Source: Botryllus schlosseri (lineage: Eukaryota). Taken from it: DNA of 64,000 nt. Position numbers and translations under genes: made by a program. Location: NCBI GenBank assembly GCA_051294905.1, contig CM119372.1, forward strand, positions 14,324,001 to 14,388,000, written 5' to 3'. This document shows positions 13,051-25,224 of the stretch, in pieces (the stretch's first letter is position 1; each line of letters starts with the position of its first letter). The notes beneath the pieces are model-generated. The model was given only the letters and a program-made list of their open reading frames with translations. It searched no databases and was not told the DNA's origin.

Positions 13051-14247
13051 TATCTAATCTGTGAATGCGCACATTTCGTGCTGGTATCACAAAGCGCATG
13101 TTACTCGCAAGCATATTCTGTAAATGTATGCAAGCTAACCTGACCTTAGCTCCGACACTAGCCGAGTGACTGTGAAACAATCCGAACCTGACCCTATAAC
13201 TTAACTCCTAAACCTCATCCAAGTGAACTTTACCTTACCCCTAGCCCTAACGGTAACACGAACTAATGTAACTAACTTGAACCCAACATTACCACTAACC
13301 CCATTGGTGTTTCAGTAGCATTGTGCATTTGCTGGGATTCTTACCCGTACCACTTTGCCAATAATTGTCCCTAGTCTGAATTTACTTCCGAACCTACGCC
13401 CAATTTTACTGGTTACCATCTTTCCCCGTGAAAATTCAAATAATTCGATTTCTATTTTCGTTCCGCGTCCCAAAATGGGTTTGAAATGCAGATTTTGATT
13501 ATGTGCATACATGGTATCCTAAATTATATTTGTTGTTTCACAGAAATTTTGTATCGTTTGCCGAGGTCAATGCTCTAAATTGTCTACTACCAGATGAAAG
13601 GGAGTCGGCGTTTGTATTTTAGATTTATTTTCATGTATTTTCGTCATTTTGTACCCTGAAGACAAAGAGTGCAATAGTCATAGTGATCATCTGATAATAA
13701 AAGATGTCATTGAACTTGCGTAGCATCATTCACTAACATATTTTACGAACTTTGTTAGGGATGGTAGCCTACATTCCATGGCTTGTTAGCGAGGCAGTAT
13801 GTAGGACTACCCAAACAGTAAGTACGTTATTATCGCAGACGATGTAGTCTGAGGTAGCGAACGAAAAGTTATGACGTCACCATAAACCCCCAACTTGTCG
13901 CGTGACTAATACACTTCCTTCGCCGAGCGTGTGTCATTATACGGCATGATCATATTCAGCAGCTCTAGTATTTTTATACGCTCAATCGATTACGAAGATT
14001 TGTGCGAGGAGCGGAAGGCGAGATCGATATGATAGGTCGTGGTCCGATAATCCTGGAGGCTGATTACTAGTCATTTAGCAGAAATTGCTTGTATTTCGAC
14101 TTGAATGCGGATGCTCGACGACTGTCGGAAAGCCGGCGGGGTGCTGTTGGGGTCCGCCACATGCCATCTCATTTTGTCGCCTGCTTTTTATATTCTCCGC
14201 TTTACTTTTAATTCAGTGTGCATGCCTCTTCTCTACTTCGGCTAGAC

Positions 14248-14630
14248 CAGTGGTTCCCAACGTTGGCGATATCGCCCCCCAGGGGGCGATTTGGCGGTCT
14301 AGGGGGGCGAAAATGACGAAGGGGGCGATAGGGGGGCGAAAATGGACAAAGGGGGCGACGGGGGGGCGAAAATAGCGTTAAAACGGCTATATTGGAGTCA
14401 AGTCGGAGAAATGACCTTTTTTTTTAGTCATCCCACGAAAATTCAGTTGCAAAAGTGTAAAATTCGACATCGAACGGCAAAGTTGACCTTTTTTTTTTTT
14501 TTTTTTTTTAGTCAACCTGCCGGTGATTACAGTTTGTATACCGATTTTTCGGTTCACAAAATTTGGGGGGCGATGATCTGCGTTGAGCCTGAAAAGGGGG
14601 CGATGAGTCGAAAAAGGTTGGGAACCACTG
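14248..14630. mobile_element. hAT (Charlie-like) MITE (family B, copy 1)
   Basis: TIR CAGTGGTTCCCAAC / GTTGGGAACCACTG; perfect TSD ggctagac; ggggcga subterminal repeats; near-identical to 22885-23249. Confidence 0.92.
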
Positions 14631-15531
14631 GGCTAGACCAAGGTGGATTTCTGGTTTCAAAGACTAGGCCTACTCCAAGTCGTTTCGACACCTTCCTATA
14701 TTTTTATTGTATCGCAGTTTTGTGGTGTTTTGTAATGATGAAAATATTAATAAACTGGGGATGTCCACATTCACGTGGAAATACAAGAAATTTTCCACAG
14801 AATAAATTGAATATAGTCTATAAAAAGCTTCTTGGAGGTACAGAACTTCAATATACAATTGAATAGTATATTGATATTGGAATAAATCCCAATGAATAAT
14901 AGTCAGCCCTCAAAATTATCGGGTACCACAATCTGACATATCGACCTCGCCTACCAACACATGTCGCTTTCATTTTCGTCGATTCCTTATATATTATCCT
15001 CTCCTAAATCAAGTGTGCAGTGCGTATCTGTTATTTACATGCTCTAGGCCAGTGTTTATTTTAACCCTTTTGGTGATGTAGGCCTACCCCTTGAGCTGTC
15101 AAGAAAATTTCCCTCTGTCCAGGATCGAAACATTTCACTTTGTCAGACCGCCCTCAAACGCTGGTACTGGGCCCCCGTAGGGCTTTCGGCAAACTTCTTT
15201 GGATTTCAGAGACGTGTTGTGTTTTTAGGGGCGAAATACTCATTGCTGACGATTTCTTTGGCAATGTAGTTTACTAGGTTGCAGGTGCACCGAAACGTCA
15301 TAGCCTATGTCTTGGAGTGTTCTGGTGCCGTAATATTGGACTCTGATAGTCCCGCACCAGCAGGTTTCACACCCCTGGACTTGGTGGACTAAAGGACCCC
15401 AACGCCCAACGGCCTCAAGTGATCACTCTCTCATAATGGCGAAAAAGTCTTGCAGATATTTTGCCGGAAGTGATGGTACCGAAATTAAAAGCAACAGAGA
15501 GATATATATATGATATTCTTTTCCGCCTGTA

Positions 15532-16907
15532 GGGGAGACCGGGGACAAATGTAACTAGGGGCAAATGTAACAATCGACCTCACCGCTAGTAGGATGGAGA
15601 AATCAGCTTGATATTTTAAGTGCGCATGCAGTAGTTATCTCTCCTATTATACCTGGAGTTACGTTGAGCTACGATGCGAAACCCCGGAATAATTTGCAAA
15701 AAACGAAATTTTTGACCCTTGAGTAAAGTTTTTCTGGTCTGGAATAATTTGTCTAGACGAATAGTACCTCAAGTAGTTACAACGTAATATGTGTAGCTCG
15801 AACAATGTTACTATAGTCTACCGTGGTGATGGAAAGAATAGGACTTGCATCGCCGGGAAGGTACCATACTGAAACACTAATCATGGTCGAGCGTGTCAGG
15901 GGCAATCGTAACACTCTGTTACTTTTGCCCCGTTACAATATGTTTTAAATTCTGAATGTCTTTGTTCATATGTTGGTATTACCATTCATCTACTGCAGAA
16001 TAATCTTGCAACAGCCAGAAGTTCACCAGAACAGATACTGCCTTGCGATACTGATTCTAACATGATCATCTGTCGAAACGGCCATGCAATAGTGGTGATG
16101 TGAATCTGACGGTTCGGTTATTTTCGTGATTAAACCACCCTTTCTCATGTTGATCGACTTTTGTTGTGTCGAACTTCAATAGTCATGGCTTAATTCTCGT
16201 CCTCTGACTTTGATCATGGCCCACTTACATTTTGATATTTGATGTGAACAATTTATGTTAATTTTCTACAGTACAGAAGAATGTCATTATAGCTTTGACG
16301 CAACACAATGTTGCGTCCTCGTTTAACTATACTATCATCGGTCCATTCAACCAAGATATGTTAGCCAGGTCGGTTTCGCACCTTCGCAGGTGACCGAATG
16401 AACAACCCATTATGCACGCTGAACAACAGAACCTTGGTAGAAGAGGCCGGATATGTGTAGGGAGATGATGGAATGAATGTGTCTCTTGAACACTTTAAGC
16501 TTGAACAACCCACGAAGGGTGATATTGCATTCAGATGCCATAAATGCGATGGGACGTAGCCTAGAAGCGTTGAAACGTCTCTTCCTTTAGTTTCATGCAA
16601 TATTACAATGCGTGCTTCCGTTTTCGTTGTTCATTTAGTTTGTGTTTAGTTATAAATAACACTGTTACAATTGCCCCGCAAGGGTGTTACAATTGCCCCT
16701 GGGTACGGGGCGATTGTAACATTTGAGCAGCGATTTTTGCGACCCAAAATTACCATGATTGATTGTTGATTGAGTTCCAATTTAGTTTTTATGTCAACTG
16801 TCGAGTTGTTGGCTTCTTTATATAAAACTTTGGAAGTGACATTTCCACGAGAAAAACACGTAATGTTGGAAAATACGAAAAGTGTTACAATTGTCCCCGG
16901 TCTCCCC
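15532..16907. mobile_element. Tc1/mariner-pogo type non-autonomous element
   Basis: TIR GGGGAGACCGGGGACAAnTGTAAC at both ends, flanked by TA; internal ggggcaa.tgtaac subterminal repeats in both orientations. Confidence 0.85.
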
Positions 16908-17016
16908 TACCATCGAGATGCTTGACGACGGAGTTGCAATACGGCCGTGAGGTCATCTAGTCGGCGCCCCCGTTTTTTTCTCCTCCATGCTATCCGTGAT
17001 TGCTGAGCGCCTAGCA

Positions 17017-18016
17017 CAGTGGTTCCCAACCTGTGGTACGCGTACCACTAGTGGTACGCGAAGGTCTTCCAGGTGGTACGCGAGTAGATTCTGTTTTTTT
17101 TTTCGACCGAAGGGAGTTATTAGTTAAGGTGGGGTTGAACACAAAGATTGTTCTCCAATAAACTTCAGGCTTAGCATGGCCTCCTCGTACTCGACTCTAG
17201 TTTCTCACTCCCCAGCTGCCTTATAATTTTCCCTTGTACGTGGGATGGCGACGAAGGATTTTCATATCTGATGACCGACTTGTTGCGCCCATGCATGACT
17301 TTCGATGCGCTGTGAGCAAACAAATGCCACGCATCGACCAACTAGTGCAGTGGTTCTCCAACTGGGAGGCGTGAAAGCATTTGGAGGAAGGCGCGAAGCT
17401 GCGGCCAACTGCAATTTTTTTTCGCGCTTCGAGCGATTTACTTCCAATTTATTGTTCCTACTCTGTGTTTAGTCCTAATAGCATATTTGAGAATCCTCTT
17501 ATCAGCTGTCATAATCTTCCATGCCTTCAAATTATTCGTTGGGACAATGATATATATACATCATATGATATATATATATCATTGGTTGGGATTGCTAGCA
17601 TTCTGGTTGCATTTTGTGATATGACGATAAGCGGGGCGAGGAATTTTCCCCTATCATAAACGAAGACGTGTCTAAAAAAGTTTGAGAACCGCTGAGCTAG
17701 TGAAAAATAAGCAAATGCAGCTATCGCAGCATTAAAACAATTGACTTTTTTCGTTTGCTGTTATTTCATTATGTTGTTCTTCTTGCGATTGGTGGTGAAA
17801 AAACAATTCATGCATCCTATTAACGCTGGCTGATAATGCCTAGTTTAATAGTATTTGCTATTACGGCTAGAATAGGTCAAATACGTCATTATGACGTCAT
17901 GAGTGACGAAAACGTTTTTTGACCGCCTGCAGCGCGCGTAACTTATGTAGGTGGTACGCGAGCACTGCATAAAACCTCGAAATGGTTCGGGGGTGAAAAA
18001 AGGTTGGGAACCACTG
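17017..18016. mobile_element. hAT MITE containing a nested MITE
   Basis: TIR CAGTGGTTCCCAACC / GGTTGGGAACCACTG; perfect TSD gcctagca; gtggtacgcg subterminal repeats. Confidence 0.9.
17348..17694. mobile_element. Nested hAT MITE
   Basis: Termini CAGTGGTTCTCCAAC / GTTTGAGAACCGCTG; flanks aactagtg / agctagtg (1 mismatch). Confidence 0.75.
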
Positions 18017-20140
18017 GCCTAGCAGGATAGCTGCGGATACCAATTTCCGAGTCTTCGGTATGACTCGGCCGGGGATTGAGCCTATAGGCCTATACGACCT
18101 ACAGATCGAGAAGCCGGTCGCATAATAACCGTTACACTATCTCGCTCAACAATTCTCATGCAACGAAATCGCGCGAAGAAAATTTTCGAGTTGAAGAAAT
18201 CCGCCCCATAATATTTCACTTCCAATTGATTTTCGAAGTAATTTTGGTACTTATTGAATATGGTATCATTTCACACAGTACCTCGTACCCCCAAGGCAAT
18301 GATATATCATTGCCCCAAGGGTTTCATGGACCCCTGGTTAAGAACAACTGCTCTACGTCAAGGCTGGTGTCTGATTAATTATAGAGTACTAGCAATGATT
18401 TATTTATATATAGATATCATTGTTACTAATTAGTAATCTACAGTCTAATCATAGCAATTTACAGCGTAGCGTAGGCCTCAGTCTGACTGCAAGTCGTTTC
18501 TGCACCCTTCTATCTTTTTCATTATATCGCAATATTGTGGTATTTTTATTTGATGACAATTTTAATGAAATGAAAATGATGATGACTTTTACAGATAAAC
18601 TTGACAGAAAAATATAATGTAGAGAAAAATTAATTCCACCTTGACGTACGATCTTCATCATCATCATTAATTTACTAGCAATTTTTATCAGTTCAATACA
18701 CACCACAAAAACGCGATGCAATGAAAAATTAGGAAGGTGTCGAAGCGACTTGGGCCCTTTTCATACCGGGGTTCCGGGAATAACATTTCCCGAAAATGTT
18801 TACCGGAACCCCTCTATGTGAACATAACACTGGTTTTTCGGGGCGGTATGAACGCGCTTATTTTCGGTGATTTTTACGAAACCGACTGAGTATGAACACG
18901 AATGGCGCAGCTGGGTTCCCGGAACGCTGTCAATCAAACTTTTAGTTACCGTAACGCGCTGTTCATTCAGGCTGCTTGTATTTCGAGGTCAGCTACCTGA
19001 GGCATTTTGATCTTCTTGTGTAATGGTGTTGGGAATGCATTATTCTTGGATTTATATTCTGTATGCTCACAATACGTAGTCACTGACTACTATTCAGCTT
19101 CTTTTTTCTGTGGTTTTGTGAACAGAGCACGGCTAAAAAGGTACAACACCATCTCCAAATGATGCAGCATTGGGTGAGTTGCCTGAAAACTTAAGGACTT
19201 AACACTCATTTGATAGGTGATCTTGACCCTTACCATATGTTGTGCGTAGGTTAGTCACCGTCATATACGCCTACCGAAAAGGGGATTTAGTAACATCTGC
19301 TTTGATAGTTGTCAGCACAGCAGAGAATGATGTCCTTAGCTCTGAATCACTAACCAAAAGTGATTCAAACGGGCTGGTAAACCATCATACATCATCCAAG
19401 CCATAATTTGGTTTTCACCTATGCCTTCATTTTCTTGTTACAACCAAGTAATTCCTTTGTTATGCAAGTGTCACTTACTCTGATCTTTTCGCAGGTCTAG
19501 ATGGAGGATACTGATGAAAAAGGTGGAACTGTGCAAGTGTGCATGAAGTTATAGTTTCTCTCATGAATAAAATGAAACAGCACAAACACATCTGGTTAAG
19601 CAAGAGCATTGTTTATTGAGAAAGTCACACAGGGCATTTCCGACGTCTGGGCCAGCGATACTTGGATCACCACCACGTCTTGTCTTCAATGCGTATACCA
19701 TCCTCTGTATCATTCTGGCCTTAGCGGATTGCAGTTTCTGAGCAAAGCCGAACACCGCGCCTTCAGTCGACCAAAATCTTTCAACCTTCATGTGTGCTTT
19801 GCTAAGTTTCTGAAAAAGCAATTGTGAATTTTAAGGGCAGCAGAAAGGAAATTTATATTACATATTTGAAATTAGCTTTAGCTCCTGCTCTGTTTTTCAG
19901 GGAAAAGGCTTCATGAGCCGGGGCTGAAAGGGATAGGCTGCCTCATCAGTTATGTAGGCTAGTACGGAACCCTATGGCTCCCAATCTGAAAACTTGAATG
20001 CAGCAAATGCATGTTTGGTACAAATGTTGCTGTGGTAATTTTTTATCCCTCCACAACACTCAGACTTGTGCAAAGTACTGGAATTTCAAAATGCGCAACT
20101 TCAACTAGAACTACTCAATTTTTCAAACTAGCAACTAGAA

Positions 20141-20795
20141 CAGGGGTGGCCAACCTTTTCAGCCAAGGGCCACATTCGATTGACGAACTATTCTGCGGGC
20201 CACTAGCCGCGCCAAGTGTGAAAAATTTTTGAAGTTGATAAATTAATAATATTGCCACTTGACTATATTGCAAGCCTGCTGTATATCGCTAGGCTCAGTT
20301 TGCAAGGACTGGACTATTCGGCACCTGGACATATCGGTATCGAAAGCTTCTTCCAACATGCGTCAATCATTTTGTGCCTAGGTTTCATAGTCGAGGGTCT
20401 TTCTGCGAGCACAAACGGGAGGTCGCAAATATATATAGTTAGACTCACTCTGATACATTAGGCGTTCTTTCATTTTTACAAAGGGGTAACAATATTAAAA
20501 GCAAGAAATCGAGTGACAAGATGTTGCGCTAAGCGTGTAGAAAATTTTTACTTTTGATAAATCTATCGCAAAGTATTCTGCTTTATTGTAGTGTACGAAG
20601 ATCTACCAAAATGTGACTGGCTCATATATCTACCAATGCGTCGGAACTGACATTTCAGTCATCACATCTCAAGTGTTACGGCCAGACTAATCAAATTTTT
20701 GATTGGCCTTGCAAGTTCACAATCTGTGCAATCCATCTTTGATAATACTATCAATTTCGGAAATTAACTCTCGGGCCACGGGTTGGCCGGCCCTG
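20141..20795. mobile_element. hAT MITE nested in the Harbinger element
   Basis: Termini CAGGGGTGGCCAACC / GGTTGGCCGGCCCTG; perfect TSD aactagaa. Confidence 0.85.
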
Positions 20796-20973
20796 AACTA
20801 GAACTGTCAACTTTTCAAAATCTGCAATTAGAACTAGAACTACTCACTTTCAAATATCCCCAACTAGAACCAGAAACTATTCACTTTTTTAAATCCACAA
20901 CTAGAACTACTTAGTTTTAGTAACTAAAACTAACTAAATGAGTAGGTTGATGTACATTGTACATGCCTGACTA

Positions 20974-21328
20974 CACTACAAAAAATATACAAATTTGGTC
21001 TCAATTTCAGTCTTAATAAGTAAGCAGGGTCGTAACCAAGTCACAAGTCGATCCCACTTTAAAAGTTTTGACTAGATTCAAGTCGAGTCATTTTCAATTC
21101 ACCACCGAGTCCAACTCATCGAGCAGAGCGTCGAGTTCGAGTCATGGTTTTATGACCCGAGTCCAAGTCATTGTGTTGACTGCTCAGTTTCCAGAAGTCT
21201 ATTTTCCATCAATTTGGGTCTAATTTCTGAGACAGAAAGTAGCCTACTTGGCAAGAAAATTTGGTCTTTCAGACTTCTTTTTCGAACATAATGATTCATG
21301 ACCAAATTTGTCTGACCTTTTTGTAGTG
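20974..21328. mobile_element. CACTA-type MITE, degenerate, nested in the Harbinger element
   Basis: Termini CACTACAAAAAA..acaaatttggtc / gaccaaatttgtc..TTTTTGTAGTG; same ends as 57217-58558. Confidence 0.6.
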
Positions 21329-21390
21329 GTATGCTACGCAAAAACTGGCTGACATTCCGCCATGACAAATATAGAAATATTACTATGCAC

Positions 21391-21875
21391 TAGGGCTGGG
21401 CAAAATCGAGTACCTGAGTGATTCGATTCTGAATCACTTATTACGCTTAGAGTCAAGTATCATCATGATGACATCACAACACAATGTACTATGCTAAAAT
21501 CCAAATGTGTAGGCTACCTTTTATGCCACCACAAAGAACATAACGCCTATTGTCCGTCACATTAAAGATATTTTGGTGTTTTTTCGACCATACCGTTTTC
21601 ATTGCACTGCTTGACAGTGTTATGGGATGGTCATGACTTCGGAAATGTGTTATTTCCAGCAACGTTCATAGCTTTGTACTATATCTCGTATGTTGCGACA
21701 CGGCCAATCAAGGCTTCCTCAGTAGAAAATAGTATCAAAACTACGGTATAATTCTAGTTAGTAAATCAACTTTCAGTATAATTTCAGTACTCGAAAAAAG
21801 TATTTTACTACTCCACTCGAATCATTAAAGTTAATACTCGATTCAGATTCGAGTACTCGAATCATTGTGGCCCTA
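21391..21875. mobile_element. hAT MITE (family C, copy 1)
   Basis: Termini TAGGGCTGGGCA / ..GGCCCTA; full-length homology to 39255-39737. Confidence 0.75.
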
Positions 21876-22884
21876 TATGGAATCTCTGTCCATTTTTTGA
21901 AATAAATCCTGCGTGATGAGAGCTTTTCTATATAGAATAATTAAGGAATTAAACAGAAAATCCTGCGTGACGTTGCCACCAATTCCATTCCGGATTGTGG
22001 CTAGCCCTACTAGGCACCAGCAATTATTTTTATTAAAATCAACTTGTGACAGTTGCCTTCTTAAAATACATCTGATGTTTACCTGGATCTATAAACGATT
22101 GGCTTCATTGGCTAGCCTCCAAAGAGCGACAGCTACTCAGCAATCAAGAGAAATTGAGTTCGTATAATTTGCTGGCTGCTTTTCGTTATGGTCTCGAAGC
22201 TCGTCGCAGAGTATACCAAATGTTTCTTTCACGGATTTCTAGAATTCCTTGGTTTCTCTGTACAGTGTACATAAGATTAGATTTACCCAAACCATTATAC
22301 AAGCAATCACAAAGATAAACTGACTTTGTCGTTCGCAGATGTGATCAGTGGTTCTTTTCATTCCAGGACTTTATCCTCTTTGCTGGCTTTCAGTTTCTGC
22401 TCTCAGCTTCGGTTGATAATATACAAGCCAGGAACATGCTCGGGCTCTATTACTGATACAGGTATATTGAGTATAGAGCCCCATACACATCGAGAAGGCA
22501 TATCCGCAACATCCCATAGCTAAAAGTTGGAGCCAACTTCTCCGCATCTCACGAATATGCCTCTCCCACATCGTTTTCCACAAGCATATTACAACTGGAA
22601 CACCCCACAGACATGGTTTCGTAACTATCAATACTTACGGAGAATCGCGTTCGTACTGGCCATAATTTCCCGCAAATTTACCGAAAAAACGACCTGTGTG
22701 AACATAAGTTTGCGGTAACTCTAAATAGGTATGAACGCGCTCTTTTCCCGGAACTGTTTCGGTAATTTTTTCTCTATGTGAACATCGCCTGTTTCGGAAC
22801 TTGTTCCCGAAAGAGTTTCGTAAATCCGGTATGAAAAGGGCCTTGGAGTAGTCTCTGGAATCAGGCACCTACCTTGGCCTAGGC

Positions 22885-23249
22885 CAGTGGTTCCCAACGA
22901 GGGCGATTTGGCGGTCTAGGGGGCCAAAAATGGCGAAGGGGGCGATAGGGGGGCGAAAATGGACAAAGGGGGCGACGGAGGGCGAAAATAGCGAAAGGGG
23001 CGATAGGGGGGCGATGACGCGTTAAAACGGCTATATTGAAGTCAAGTCGGAGAAATGACCTTTTTTTTAGTCATCCCACGAAAATTCAGTTGCAAAAGTG
23101 TAAAATTCGACATCGAACGGCAAAGTTGACCTTTTTTTTTTTAGTCAACCCGCCGGTGATTACAGTTTGTATATTCAAAATTTGGGGGGCGATGATCGGC
23201 GTTGAGCTTGAAAAGGGGGCGATGAGTCGAAAAAGGTTGGGAACCACTG
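22885..23249. mobile_element. hAT (Charlie-like) MITE (family B, copy 2)
   Basis: TIR CAGTGGTTCCCAAC; perfect TSD gcctaggc; near-identical to 14248-14630. Confidence 0.92.
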
Positions 23250-24405
23250 GCCTAGGCGATGTAAAGAGGACGCATCTTCGTTCCGCAGCTTAATTTACGC
23301 TTAATTGGATAGTTAAAAACTAATTTCTGTTTTTATCAAGTATATTCTGACTATTAAAGATAACTTGGCACTGTTTTCTCAGTTTGGCACTATTTTACGA
23401 AATGTTTGGTACCAAAGACTCCAAGAGCCTTCCCGTAGTTGGCAGCCCTGCTTCAAGCACAATCGAAATATGACGTATTGATACGCATCGCCGATGACGG
23501 TTTGGCAAACAAGAGTATGTCAAGTCAATGAGTGGGCGGTGTTAGCGATTGTTTTCTGGTCCGAGTTTCTTCGATTGCGTCAATTTCATATCTCATGTAT
23601 GCGGTCATCTGTCTATTGTAGATATATCTATGTATATATAGATATATGTCAGTTTTTGAAGTTGAATTATCATGGTGTCGTTGGCTCGCAATTAGAGAAC
23701 CTGTAAGCTGCTTTTCGACTATAGCATATTGTCTATAAATGCCACAAAATCCGCTCAGTCCCACGCGACAAATTCCCATCATGCTTATTTCATTACGAAA
23801 AGGTGCGGTACATTGATTCGAATTTCCATCTTATCTAGTGGTTTCTGTTTTCGTGTAGGTGCCACCCCAACCAGAGTGATAACAGTTGTCGTTTTCAACA
23901 ATGACTTCAGTGTGATGGAAAGATCTATCGCGTGAACGAAAAATTTTATCCTCATGAAATTTTATCCTCGTATGAAATCGACAGGAATTTTTCGCTCTCA
24001 TTCGCATATGTAAGATTTGAGGCCTAAGTACTTATAAAAATCGAACAGTCTGATTTGTGTAAACACTACCGTACCACTAATTCCTTCCACTAGGCTTACG
24101 TCACATATATGCTTATTCACTCTCAGAGTGCCCTATTGGTAGTGCATGAATTCACCGATAGTATGATTTGATATATTCATCCAAGTGATTATTTGTATTG
24201 TGGTCTGAATTGTCTTGGGTCAAGACCGAGACGCCTCGATCCGAGATGTCTGCAGACCCGTGATATTAGGTATTGGTGTACATTCTACATTAAGTACAAT
24301 TAGCCTAAAGATGCTTTTTGACCATAATACGTTTCTTTTAAGCAGAAATTGTTAATATTGTGGACGCCAGTTTGGTTTTGAAGCTATTCTGTTGCAATAT
24401 TTAAA

Positions 24406-25224
24406 ATGCTTATCAAGGAATTCCGAATCATTTTACCTATAAGTGTTAAAGAATATGGCATCGCTCAACTGTGGTCTGTTGCCGAGGCCAGCAAAAATGA
24501 AACTGGTGGCGGTGAGGGCATTGAGGTCATAGAGAATTATTCCTATGATAATGACAAAGGAAAAGGTCAATATACTCTAAAAAAATATCATCTAACCTCG
24601 AGGGTTCCTAGGGCAGCAAAAATGCTTGCTCCGAAAGGCTCACTTACATTTACTGAAGAGGCTTGGAACGCTTATCCCTATTGTAAAACCGTAGTCACGA
24701 ATCCTGATTACATGAAGGGTGGTTTTGAAATTTCGATTGAAAGTTGGTATAAAGAAGACTTTGGGACAGAAGAAAATGTCCACAAACTCACACACGACGA
24801 ATTGAAAAACCGTGAAGTTATTTACATCGACATTGTCAATGATCCTGTGAGTTCAAGAGATTATAAAGAATGTGAGGACCCAACTAAATTCAAGCCATCG
24901 AAGGCGCCACACAGAGGTCCGATGACTCCAAACTGGATCAGCGAATTGAAGAGTGGGAAAAAACCGAACGTTCCCCACATGTGCGCCTATAAGCTCGTGC
25001 GTGCTCATTTCAAATGGTTCGGATTCCAGACTATTGTCGAAGGAATCATTCAAAGCCAGGAGAAAAGAATATTTCGAAATTTTAACAGGCAAGTTTACTG
25101 CTGGATGGATAAGTGGCTGGGTCTTACTATTGAAGACATTCGGAGAATAGAAGAAGAAGCGAAAGAAGAGTTGGAAAAGCTTCGAACAACCGGTGCTATT
25201 CGTGGAACCGGCGGCGATGACTGA
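24406..25224 (+). CDS. PITPNA: Class I phosphatidylinositol transfer protein (PITP alpha/beta-like), intronless CDS, paralog 1
   Basis: 272 aa: [93 protein letters not shown]. The alpha/beta assignment cannot be resolved. Confidence 0.95.
   Translation: MLIKEFRIILPISVKEYGIAQLWSVAEASKNETGGGEGIEVIENYSYDNDKGKGQYTLKKYHLTSRVPRAAKMLAPKGSLTFTEEAWNAYPYCKTVVTNPDYMKGGFEISIESWYKEDFGTEENVHKLTHDELKNREVIYIDIVNDPVSSRDYKECEDPTKFKPSKAPHRGPMTPNWISELKSGKKPNVPHMCAYKLVRAHFKWFGFQTIVEGIIQSQEKRIFRNFNRQVYCWMDKWLGLTIEDIRRIEEEAKEELEKLRTTGAIRGTGGDD

Larger units (their letters stand above)
16910..18140 (-). mobile_element. tRNA-derived SINE interrupted by the hAT MITE at 17017-18016
   Basis: Minus strand: A-box-like tagtgtaacgg, B-box-like ggctcaatccc, then gagtcataccgaagact..aattggtatcc..cctgctaggc|gctcagca continuing across the MITE; related copy at about 49620-49810. 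Confidence 0.7.
18753..22842 (-). mobile_element. Decayed PIF/Harbinger transposon (4.1 kb including nested insertions)
   Basis: 17-bp TIR GGCCCTTTTCATACCGG; 3-bp TSD TTG. Minus-strand frameshifted transposase motifs: DEAAYPFQPRLMKPFP (about 19900-19960) and LSKAHMKVER/FGRLKAR (about 19755-19810), matching Harbinger GDxAYPL..LMKPF and LSRAR..VERAFGRLKARW. Confidence 0.85.

Noticed and set aside
14085..14866. ORFs of 96 and 174 aa, and the similar ORF at 23036-23293
   Set aside because: They are translations of the family B MITE (poly-T and ggggcga repeats), not proteins.
18060..18140. tRNA gene
   Set aside because: Only degenerate A/B boxes with no cloverleaf, and it continues into a SINE body.
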